Shown here: in pieces, positions 1-9,100 of the stretch
How the letters are laid out: each line of letters opens with the position of its first letter
How positions within the stretch are numbered: the stretch's first letter is position 1
From: an uncultured delta proteobacterium
GTDB taxonomy: Bacteria; Desulfobacterota; Binatia; DP-6
Length of the DNA stretch: 64,000 bases
Direction: 5' to 3'
Assembly (NCBI GenBank): GCA_963815115.1
Contig: CAWFFN010000012.1
Span: forward strand, 608,001-672,000
The notes under the pieces: generated by a model
The model's input: only the letters and a program-made list of their open reading frames with translations
What the model was told of the DNA's origin: nothing
Database searches by the model: none
Made by a program: the position numbers and the translations under genes

Positions 1-470
1 GTGGCGGTCAGCGTCTGCGAGTCCAGGAGGGTGCCGTCATGGTCGAAGCCCTGGGCCGTCACGATGCTGGCCCCCGCGCAGTCCGCGCCGAGCGTTCCGG
101 TGTCGAACTGGAAGGACTGGATCGGCGGATAGAAGGTGAGGAACTCGGGCGTCTGGGCGAGTCCGCCGGTCACCACGGGGAACGCGCTGACGAAGTAGAT
201 CACGTTCGGCAGGGAGATGTACGGGACCGAGGCGGGGTCGAACCCCGGGTTGAACAGGCCGCCTGCGTTCTGGCCGAACCCGGCGAACTGGACCCCCCGA
301 TTGACGTACTCGTTGGTGACGATGGGGAAGGGAATCTGCTGCCCCGGTCCGAGAGGGATGTCGTCGAAGTTGACGAGCGTCGCGGTCACTGGCGGAGGGG
401 TGAGCTGCGCCCCCGCACTGCCGACGAGCACCGTGAGTAGCAGGGCGCTCGCGATCCGTGAGGTTCTCAT
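1..470 (-). CDS. Secreted hypothetical protein, tandem paralog of 950..3079 (3' part runs off the window)
   Basis: Missing from the ORF track because it has no stop in the window. Reading minus from ATG 470 gives MRTSRIASALLLTVLVGSAGAQLTPPPVTATLVNFDD...VTNEYVNRGVQFAGFGQN...PEFLTFYPPIQ, colinear with the N-terminus of the 709-aa protein. Signal peptide ends AGA|Q. Confidence 0.9.
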   Translation of the reverse strand, partial: MRTSRIASALLLTVLVGSAGAQLTPPPVTATLVNFDDIPLGPGQQIPFPIVTNEYVNRGVQFAGFGQNAGGLFNPGFDPASVPYISLPNVIYFVSAFPVVTGGLAQTPEFLTFYPPIQSFQFDTGTLGADCAGASIVTAQGFDHDGTLLDSQTLTA

Positions 471-870
471 ACGAAGCCCCCAGTTTGATGACGTTGTGCA
501 GCGTTGGACGGACGATTTCGTCACCGGTGCATCAGCGCCGGGACGATGCCCCGGGCCTCGGGTCAGGCAGCTCCCATGGGGTCACCCTCCTGAAGGCGCC
601 TGGGACCTGGACGGATCCGCTGCGTTTTCCGGAGGGCTCAGCATGCGCCGCGGGGCACCTTCGTCACGCGAGACGGCGGGCTGGCTGCGCTGGGACGAAG
701 TGACAGCTTCGCCCAGTCTCCGGCTGCTTCCGGGTGAGGTCGACGGCTCGGCGATGTCCCGGATGCATCGGCACGCGGGCCGTAGACATCCGGCGTGGCC
801 TCGGCGGAGCAGGTGAGTACTGACACGTCAGTTTCGGTGGCCGGTACCCCTCCTCCGAGACGGATGTCAA
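471..870 (-). promoter_or_regulatory. Promoter plus long conserved 5' leader, copy 1
   Basis: TTGACA on the minus strand at 870..865, inverted repeat ACTGAC-AC-GTCAGT at 819..832, several hairpins. Nearly the same sequence lies at 3080..3389 upstream of the paralog. Confidence 0.6.
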
Positions 871-889
871 GCATCTTCGGACGACGGAC

Positions 890-920
890 CCCGGCGCCGG
901 CCGCGAGGGCCGGCGCCGGG
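890..920 (-). terminator. GC-rich hairpin downstream of the 709-aa gene, probable terminator
   Basis: CCCGGCGCCGGCC-GCGAG-GGCCGGCGCCGGG, a 13-bp stem 30 nt after the stop at 950. No clear U-tract. Confidence 0.5.
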
Positions 921-949
921 AGGTCGATCGCCAGGACCGCAGCGTGTGG

Positions 950-3079
950 CTACGGCACGGCGAAGAACTGCGCGTTGCCGGGCAGGCTGAGCGAGCCCGG
1001 TCCCGGCAGATCGGCCAGCCCGTCGAGTGCCAGGCTGCCGGTCTGCGGGATGCAGAAGTTGCTCACGAGCACGCCGGCGTGCGGCGCGCCGTCGGTCAGA
1101 TCACCCGCCGGCGATCCGTTCTGCGTGATCGCCTGCGCCCCCGCCTGTCCGAAGGCCCCCGCATGCCCCTGCGACGGGCAGAACAGCCCGTCCGCTGCCG
1201 GGGTCGTCACCGGGGACGAGGTCAGCGGATTGAGGCTGATCGGGAGGGTGGCTACGAAGATTCCCGCGGTCGGCAGACAGTCGAGGCTCGTCTGCGTGCT
1301 GTTGTTGGTGGTGCAGGGCTGCCCGGCGTTGGCGCCCCAGTTGCAGGCACCGCCGTCGCAGATCGGGCAGACCGTCGGCTGGCCGAGGGTCAGGTAGACG
1401 AACGACGCCAGCTCGATGTCGACCGTCGACTCGCCCGTGGCCAGGTTGAGGGTTCCGCTCGCATCCTGCGCGAAGGCGTTCACCACGCAGCTCGAGGGGA
1501 AGCCGTTCACGAGGACCGGCGGCCCGAAGTAGCAGGTCGGGTCGGTCTGGCAGCCGCCCGGCGCGAAGCATGCCGAGTCGTCGGTGCACTCGACCGGCGG
1601 GTTGTTGACGCAGTGCTTGGTGGTGCCCTGCGGCCCGACGGAGCAGTCCGCCCGGCTCGTCCCCAGGCTGCCGGACAGCGTCGTGCCGTCGGGGCTGTCG
1701 AGGACCGTGGTGGCGTTCTCCGGAATGACCGACGGGTTCACCGTCGCCGCGCCGCCGCCGATGTAGAGGCAGCCCGCCCCGAGGTCGGCGAGCTTGGTGC
1801 CGACGGTGTCGGAGTCGAGCTCACCCGAGAACGGCGGATCGGGCGGGATGACACAGTTCGCCGTCCCCGCGCTCGTCGTGAACGACAGGTGCTGGCCGAG
1901 CGGCGGCGGGGCGGTCGTCGTCGTGGTGCTCGTCGTGGTGGTCGTGGTGGTGGTGGTGGGCACGCTCTGCTGGCGATTCAGGTCGATCGAGAACTGATCG
2001 ATGAGCTGCTCGATCGGGGCGAGCTGCGTCGGCGTGCCGCACGCCTTGAGAGACGAGTTGAACGACGCGCCGGCCTTCGTCACACACGCCGGGTCCGTCG
2101 CGACGCCGCTCTTCGCGGCGGACGAGAAGCACTTGGCCACGGCCTGCAGCTTCTTGCCGATGGACGTGAGCTTCTTGCCGAAGCAGACGTCCGGCCCCGG
2201 CGACCCGCCGGTCACCATCTGGATCGCCTGCCCGATGACGGCGTTGACCGCCGCCCCGGTGGCGTCGCTGTCCGGGCTGACCAGGCAGTCACCCTTCTTC
2301 TGCGCATTGGTGAAGCCCTTGGTGAGACCGTCGGTCGCCTTCTGGAGACAGGCGTCGTCCACGGGGAGCCCCTTCTGGAGCGCCTTGGCGTAGCAGCTGG
2401 CCACCGCCTTCGCCTGCTTCCCGGCGGCGTCGTCGAGGCCCTGCGCGCACTTGCTCGCCTGTTGGTCGACCGGAATGAACGCGACGTTGTCCATGCTGAA
2501 GATCTCGACGCCGAAGAAGAGCTCGCCCGGCAGTCCGCAGCTGTGGCTGCTGGTGACGACCACCCGCTCCGCGCCCGGTGGCGGCAGGGTCAGGGCGAGG
2601 GTCTCGCCCTCCACGGTGGCGGTCAGCGTCGTCGAGCCCAGGAGGGTGCCGTCATGGGCGAAGCCCTGGATGGTCACGACGCTGGCGCCCTCGCAGTCCT
2701 GCCCGAACGTGCCGGTGTCGAACTGGAAGTACTGGATCGGCGGATAGAAGGTGAGGAACTCGGGCGATTGCGCGAGGCCGCCGGTGATCACCGGAAACGC
2801 GCTCAGGAAGTAGATGTTGTTCGGCGGGGAGATGTACGGCGCCTCCCCGGGGCCGAACGATGGGTTGTAGAGCCCGCCGCTGTTCTGACCGAACCCGGCG
2901 AACTGGACGCCCCGGTTCACATACTCGTTGGTCACGACGTTGAAGGGGATCTGTCCATTCGGGTTGAGATCGTCGAAGTTGACGAGGGTCGCGGTCACCG
3001 GCGGAGAGATGAGCTGCGCCCCCGCACTGCCGGCGAGCACCGTGAGCAGCAGAGCGTTCGCGATCCGTGAGATTCTCAT
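950..3079 (-). CDS. Secreted multidomain Cys-rich hypothetical protein with poly-Thr linker (709 aa)
   Basis: Signal peptide MRISRIANALLLTVLAGSAGA, a beta-rich N-domain, a Lys/Cys-rich helical region, a PTTTTTTTTTSTTTTT linker and a Cys-rich C-domain. AGGAG RBS upstream. Confidence 0.9.
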   Translation of the reverse strand: MRISRIANALLLTVLAGSAGAQLISPPVTATLVNFDDLNPNGQIPFNVVTNEYVNRGVQFAGFGQNSGGLYNPSFGPGEAPYISPPNNIYFLSAFPVITGGLAQSPEFLTFYPPIQYFQFDTGTFGQDCEGASVVTIQGFAHDGTLLGSTTLTATVEGETLALTLPPPGAERVVVTSSHSCGLPGELFFGVEIFSMDNVAFIPVDQQASKCAQGLDDAAGKQAKAVASCYAKALQKGLPVDDACLQKATDGLTKGFTNAQKKGDCLVSPDSDATGAAVNAVIGQAIQMVTGGSPGPDVCFGKKLTSIGKKLQAVAKCFSSAAKSGVATDPACVTKAGASFNSSLKACGTPTQLAPIEQLIDQFSIDLNRQQSVPTTTTTTTTTSTTTTTAPPPLGQHLSFTTSAGTANCVIPPDPPFSGELDSDTVGTKLADLGAGCLYIGGGAATVNPSVIPENATTVLDSPDGTTLSGSLGTSRADCSVGPQGTTKHCVNNPPVECTDDSACFAPGGCQTDPTCYFGPPVLVNGFPSSCVVNAFAQDASGTLNLATGESTVDIELASFVYLTLGQPTVCPICDGGACNWGANAGQPCTTNNSTQTSLDCLPTAGIFVATLPISLNPLTSSPVTTPAADGLFCPSQGHAGAFGQAGAQAITQNGSPAGDLTDGAPHAGVLVSNFCIPQTGSLALDGLADLPGPGSLSLPGNAQFFAVP

Positions 3080-3389
3080 GTGAGAGCTCCTGGTTGCATG
3101 ACGTTGTGCAGCGTTTGACGAACGACTTCGTCACCGGCGCGGAGCGCCGGGCCGATTCTCCGGGCCTCGCCTCAGGCAGCTCCCATGGGGTCACCCTCCT
3201 GAAGGCGCCTGACCTGGACGGAGTCGCTGCGTTTTCCGGAGGGCTCAGCATGCGCCGCGGGCACCTTCGTCACGCGAGACGGCGGGCTGGCTGCGCTGGG
3301 ACGAAGTGACAGCTTCGCCCAGTCTCCGGTGAGTACTGCCACGTCAGTCTTCCCGGTGGCGGGTACTCCTCTCGGTAGACAGGTGTCAA
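3080..3389 (-). promoter_or_regulatory. Promoter plus long conserved 5' leader, copy 2
   Basis: TTGACA on the minus strand at 3389..3384, imperfect inverted repeat ACTGCC-AC-GTCAGT at 3335..3348. Homologous to 471..870 but lacks the 90-nt hairpin. Confidence 0.6.
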
Positions 3390-3500
3390 GAACCTTGATG
3401 CGGACTCGGTGGTTATCCGTGTGCGACGCTTCCGGTGGTCGCCCAGCGATCGGCACGGACGCCGCTTCTGGCCACAGGCCCCGCGTGCTAGACGGCCCGG

Positions 3501-5798
3501 ATGTCGAAGCCGCTCGTGTATCGCGACGGGGAGCCTTTTCCCGGCCGCGCCGCCGCATCCTTGAACGAGTCCCTCCCGGCCTGGCCGGTGCCCGCGCGGG
3601 CTCCCGCGGGCGCTCCCAACGTCGTCCTGATCGTGCTCGACGACGTCGGCTTCGCCCAGCTCGGCTGCTTCGGCTCGGACATCGACACGCCACGTTTCGA
3701 TGGGCTCGCGGCGGACGGCCTGCGCTACCGCAACTTCCACACCACGGCGATGTGCTCGCCGACCCGCGCCTGTCTTCTCACGGGACGCAATCACCACACC
3801 TGTGCCATGGGCGGGATCACCGACCTCTGCATGGGGTTCCCCGGCTACAACGGGCGCATCCCGAAGTCGTGCGGGTTCGTCTCCGAGGTGCTCCGCCAGG
3901 CAGGGTGGGCGACGTTCGCCGTCGGCAAGTGGCATCTCGCTCCCTCCGACGAGCAGCATGCCGCCGCGCCGCGTGATCGCTGGCCGCTCGGGCAGGGCTT
4001 CGAGCGCTACTACGGGTTCATGGGCGGCGAGACCAACCAGTTCGCGCCCGACCTGGTGTGCGACAACTCGCCGGCACGGTTCACGCCGCGCGACGGCTAC
4101 CATCTCACCGAGGACCTCGTCGATCATGCGATCCAGCGCGTGACCGACGTTCGCACGGCCGATCCCGACAAGCCGTTCTTCCTCTACCTGGCGCTCGGTG
4201 CGTGCCATGCGCCGCATCAGGCGCCGCCCGAGTGGATCGAGCGGCACCGTGGGCGCTTCGACGGGGGCTGGGATGTGTGGCGCGAGCGCACGCTGGCGCG
4301 CCAGATCGCCGCCGGCATCGTTCCGCCCGGCACCACGCTGTCGGCCCGTCCGTCGTGGGTACAGGAGTGGGCCGCGCTGCCGGCGGACGAGCGGCGCGCC
4401 TACTCGCGCATGATGGAGGTCTACGCTGGCTTCCTGTCGCACACCGACCATCACGTCGGCCGCCTGCTCGATTTCCTCGCCACGAGCGGCGAGCTCGACC
4501 GCACGCTCGTCCTCGCGCTCAGCGACAACGGGGCGAGCGCGGAGGGCGGCGCCCAGGGCACGTTCAACGAGAACTTCATCTTCAACGGCCTGCCGCACGA
4601 CGTCGAGGCGACCCGTGCCATGCTCGACAAGCTGGGCAGCGCACAGACCTACGGACACTACCCGTGGGGATGGGCGCTGGCCGGGAACACGCCGTTCCGT
4701 CGCTGGAAGCGCGAGACGCACGAGGGCGGCATCGGCGATCCGCTGATCGTGCGCTGGCCGGCGATCGCCGACCGCGGCGCGGTACGCGCGCAGTACGTCC
4801 ACGCCATCGACGTGGCGGCGACCGTTCTCGACGTCACGGGCACCGAGATGCCGGCGTTGCTGAACGGCGTGCCGCAGGAGCCGCTGGCCGGCGCCAGCTT
4901 CGCCCGCTCGCTCACAGACGCGGCCGCACCGGAGCACCGCGAGACGCAGTACTACGAGCAGTTCGCCTGCCGCGCCATCTACCATCGTGGCTGGAAGGCC
5001 GTGACGTACCACGCGATGATGGATGGACTGTACACCGACGAGGACGATCCCGATCGGCCCTTCGACCAGGACCGCTGGGAGCTCTACCACGTCGCCGAGG
5101 ATCCCTCCGAGTCGCACGACCTCGTGGCGGCGGAGCCGGAGAAGCTGCGCGCGCTGCAGGAGCTGTGGTGGAGCGAGGCGGGGCGCTACGGGGTGCTGCC
5201 GCTCCAGTCGCGACGCATGTTCGCCGTCGGGCGGCCGCATGCGGTGCGGCCGCGCGAGCGGGTCGTGCTGCGATCGGGCGCCGCGCCTCTGCCCGAGGAT
5301 CTGGCGCCGAACGTCAAGATGCGGCCGCACCGGATCATCGCCGACGTCGAGATCGCCAGCGGCAGCGAGGGCGTCCTCGTGGCCCAGGGCGGTCGCTTCG
5401 GGGGCTTCAGCCTGTACCTGCACGGCGGGCGCCTGCACTACACCACCAACTTCGCCGGCATCGAGCGCACCACCGTTTCGAGCCCGCAGCCGCTCGCTCC
5501 CGGGCGTCACCTTCTGGGTGTCGCGCTCGAGCCCGCCGGCGGCATGGGCATGCGTGCCGAGCTGGTCGTCGGGGACCGGGTGGTCGCCGTGGCCGAGGCG
5601 GCGCGCACGGCGCCGTTCCGCTTCGCCCTCGCCGGCGAGGGTCTCTGCTGCGGCTACGACGACGGCACGCCCGTGGCGGACGTCTACGAGTCGCCCTTCG
5701 CGTTCACCGGAACGATCCACGAGGCGGTGATCGACGTCTCCGGCATGCCGGTGGTCGATCTGGTGGCGGAGCTGCGGCGCGCGTGGATGACCCAGTGA
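3501..5798 (+). CDS. Arylsulfatase (formylglycine-dependent, Cys-type) with C-terminal beta-sandwich extension
   Basis: PNVVLIVLDDVG, sulfatase signature CSPTRACLLTGR, GKWHL, SDNGAS and WELY motifs. Confidence 0.95.
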   Translation: MSKPLVYRDGEPFPGRAAASLNESLPAWPVPARAPAGAPNVVLIVLDDVGFAQLGCFGSDIDTPRFDGLAADGLRYRNFHTTAMCSPTRACLLTGRNHHTCAMGGITDLCMGFPGYNGRIPKSCGFVSEVLRQAGWATFAVGKWHLAPSDEQHAAAPRDRWPLGQGFERYYGFMGGETNQFAPDLVCDNSPARFTPRDGYHLTEDLVDHAIQRVTDVRTADPDKPFFLYLALGACHAPHQAPPEWIERHRGRFDGGWDVWRERTLARQIAAGIVPPGTTLSARPSWVQEWAALPADERRAYSRMMEVYAGFLSHTDHHVGRLLDFLATSGELDRTLVLALSDNGASAEGGAQGTFNENFIFNGLPHDVEATRAMLDKLGSAQTYGHYPWGWALAGNTPFRRWKRETHEGGIGDPLIVRWPAIADRGAVRAQYVHAIDVAATVLDVTGTEMPALLNGVPQEPLAGASFARSLTDAAAPEHRETQYYEQFACRAIYHRGWKAVTYHAMMDGLYTDEDDPDRPFDQDRWELYHVAEDPSESHDLVAAEPEKLRALQELWWSEAGRYGVLPLQSRRMFAVGRPHAVRPRERVVLRSGAAPLPEDLAPNVKMRPHRIIADVEIASGSEGVLVAQGGRFGGFSLYLHGGRLHYTTNFAGIERTTVSSPQPLAPGRHLLGVALEPAGGMGMRAELVVGDRVVAVAEAARTAPFRFALAGEGLCCGYDDGTPVADVYESPFAFTGTIHEAVIDVSGMPVVDLVAELRRAWMTQ

Positions 5799-6045
5799 TC
5801 GGCGCGATCGCGCTGCTCGCCGGCGATGCAGCGGTGCTCGGTCTTCATGCAATCGAGGGCTACGTTCGTTGAACAATGTACAGTGAGCGCAGAAACGATC
5901 GCGGGCGTCGACGCTCGCGACCCGTGCAGCGGCCACGTGCACGACGGCCTGGCGGGCGGGATTGCTGAATGTTCTCGATGGCCGCACGAAGGGCGCATTC
6001 GACGGGGTAATCCCACTGTCATCATCCAGTAGACGCCGGCTGCCA

Positions 6046-6060
6046 TGGCCCATTTCTTGC
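6046..6060 (+). promoter_or_regulatory. Candidate sigma54 -24/-12 promoter
   Basis: TGGCCC-ATTTC-TTGC (GG-N10-GC spacing), about 75 nt upstream of ATG 6134. Confidence 0.5.
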
Positions 6061-6133
6061 GGAAGGTACGGGTCCGCGCCGTTCGCGGTGCGTGTCTTCA
6101 CACCGAAAACCAAACAGATCGGCCCCCGTCTTC

Positions 6134-9100
6134 ATGCATCGCGAACGCTTGATCTTGCACTTGCGCAGCCTTCTCCTGGCTGCACTGCTACCTGTAGGCC
6201 TCGTCTCTCCGCTGTACGCCGCGGTGCCAGCGGGCTTCCAGGACACCACGATCGCGTCCGGGCTCTCGCAGCCAGCGGGCATGGCGTTCGCGCCCGATGG
6301 GCGCCTGTTCGTCGTAGAGAAGACCGGCGATCTCCGTATCGTCAAGAACGGCGCACTCCTCGCGACGCCGTTCCTCGACGTCACGCAGGTCGCGCAGTTC
6401 GACGACTTCTCCGAGCGAGGATTGCTCGGTGTCGCCTTCGATCCCGGCTTCCCCGCGTCGCCGTTCGTCTACGTCTACTACACGGTGTGCAAGGTTCCCG
6501 GATCGGGATCCTGTCAGACTGCGAAGAACCGCGTGGCTCGCTTCACGGCCGGCTATCAGGGGAATCCCGATCGCGCCGATCCGACGAGCCAGGTCGTTCT
6601 CCTCGACGACATCGACTCCGACGCCGGCAATCACAACGGCGGGTGGTTGGACTTCGGTCCGCTGGACGGCAAGCTGTACGTCTCTACTGGAGATGGAGGC
6701 TCCGTCCACACGAAGTCGCAGGACGTGAGCTCGCTCAGCGGCAAGATCCTGCGGTTGAATCCCGACGGAACCGTGCCCTTCGACAACCCCTTCGTCGGTC
6801 TCTTCGGCGCCCGTCCGGAAGTGTATGCGCTCGGCTTCCGGAATCCCTGGCGCTGCCGGTTCCATCCCGACGGCCGCCTCTTCTGCGGTGACGTCGGGGA
6901 GAACACCTGGGAGGAGATCGACTGGGTCGTGCCGGGCGGCAACTACGGCTGGCCGACCACCGAGGGCGACTTCAATCCCGCCACCTACCCGGAGTTCGTC
7001 CGGCCCATCGCGACCTACAGCCACGCCAGCGTCGGCGGTGGCGCATCGATCACGGGCGGCGACTTCGGCTCCGAGACGAATTTCCCCGGCGACTACCAGC
7101 AGAGCTACTTCTTCGGCGACTACGTCGTGGGATTCATTCGCCGGGTGATTCTCGGCGCCGACGGCGTCAGCGTCATCGGATCGGCCGCCGGCTTCGCGAC
7201 CGTGCAAGGGGTGACGGATCTGATCGCGGGTCCGGACGGGGCACTCTACTACTGCGACCTCCTCGGAGGGGGCATTCATCGCATCGCGACGACCGGCTCG
7301 AACCGCCCGCCGGTCGCGCGCGCCACGGCGACCCCGTCGCAGGGCCCTCCGCCACTCACCGTCCAGTTCTCGAGCGCCGGATCCACCGACGCCGACGGCG
7401 ACCCGATCAGTTTCCTGTGGAACTTCGGCGACGGCACCCCGACCTCGACGGCAACCGCACCGACCCATACCTACGGCGCGCTGGGCGAGTACACCGCCAC
7501 GCTCACGGTGAGCGACGGGCGCACGCCGACGCCGGGAACCGACACGACGACCCTCCCGATCACGGTGGGCACTCCTCCCGTCGTGACGATCACCCAGCCC
7601 GCGCCGAGCTCGCCCTTCCAGGGCGGTCAGACGATCACGATCGCCGGCACCGCCACCGACGCCGAGGACGGCGTGCTGCCAGCGTCGGCGCTGGTGTGGG
7701 AGGTGCGCTTCCAGCACGACACCCACTGGCATCCCTACCTGAGCGACGTCGCCGGCTCTCCCCAGTCGTTCGTCACCGCGACGACCGGCGAGACGTCGGC
7801 GAACGTGTGGTACCGTATCTTTCTCCGGGCGACCGACTCTGCGGGGCTCACGGGGGAGACCTTCGTCGACATCCTGCCGCGCACGGCGACGGTCCGGCTC
7901 GATACCACTCCGTCCGGGCTCCAGCTCACGCTCGACGGCCAGCCGGTGACGGCGCCGGCACAGTTCACCGGCGTCGTCGGCGTGGTACGGACGATCGGCG
8001 CTTCCTCTCCGCAGGGCCAGTACACCTTCAACCGATGGTCGGACGGCGGCGTCCAGGTGCACACGATAAGCACGCCGGCCTCCAACACCACGTACACCGC
8101 CATCTTCAACGGTCCCACGACGACCACGGTCGCGACCACGAGCACGACGAGGCCGCCGACCACCACGACCTCGACCTCGACCTCGACGTCGACGGTGCCT
8201 GCAACCTCGACCACCAGCACCGGAGCGCCGACGACCACGACGACGCTTGTGCCCCGCTTCGGCAACGCCACCGTCGGCAGCGCGACCAGCATCAACACGG
8301 CGGACTACGAGCGGGCGTCGCCCTTCACGCTCGGCGAGAGCGGGACGGTGACGCGCCTGGTGATCTACCTCGCGAGCCCCGCGGGTGGCACGCAGCGGAT
8401 GCAGCCGGTGATCTACCGCGACGCCGCCGGGAGCCCGGGGGCCCTTGCCGCCACGGGACCGGAGCGCGTCGTGACCGCGGCGCCCGGCGGCGAGTGGATC
8501 GGGCTGCCGCTGGCGTCCCCCGTGACGCTCGCACCCGGGACCTACTGGCTCGGGCTGCTCACCGGCGACACGAGCCAGGCGACGGTCCACTTCCTCGACA
8601 CCACGCCCGGATTGAAGGTCCACGCCTGGGATGCGTACAGCAACGGCCCCGCCGATCCCGCGCCTGCGGGTACGGTCGCAGCGGGGCCCATGTCGGTCTA
8701 TGCCGAGTACTCGCCGACGGCGGCCACGACCACCACCGCGCCGCCGACGACCACGACGACGTCCACGACACCGGCGACCACGAGTACGACGACGCCGCCG
8801 ACCACCACGACCTCGACGACGACGTCGACGGTGCCCACGACCTCGACCACCGGCACGACGGCGCCCACGACCACGACGACGTTGCCGCGCTTCGGCAACG
8901 TCGCGGTCGGCAGCGCGACGAGCATCAACACGGCGGACTACGAGCGTATGTCACCCTTCGCCCTCGGCGAGAGCGGGACGGTGACGCGCTTGGTGGTCTA
9001 CCTCGCGAGCCCGGCGGGTGGGACGCAGCGGATGCGGCCGGTGATCTATCGCGACGCCGCGGGCAGCCCTGGGGCACTTGCAGCCACTGGCCCGGAGCGG

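Noticed and set aside
471-870. Match of the duplicated leader to glycine, c-di-GMP-I or c-di-AMP riboswitches
   Set aside because: Only short fragments (GAAGG, CTCAGG, GCTGCC) match, in the wrong order or on the wrong strand. Left as an unassigned structured leader.
1916-1960. Trinucleotide-like (GTG/GTC) tracts as contingency microsatellites
   Set aside because: They are mixed Thr codons encoding linkers rather than pure repeats, and length changes would stay in frame.
3270-6113. Long antisense or alternate-frame ORFs (947 aa here; also 11905..14712, 17418..20645, 30685..32850 and many more)
   Set aside because: Shadow ORFs expected in high-GC DNA: Arg/Ala/Gly-rich, no motifs, and overlapping well-supported genes.
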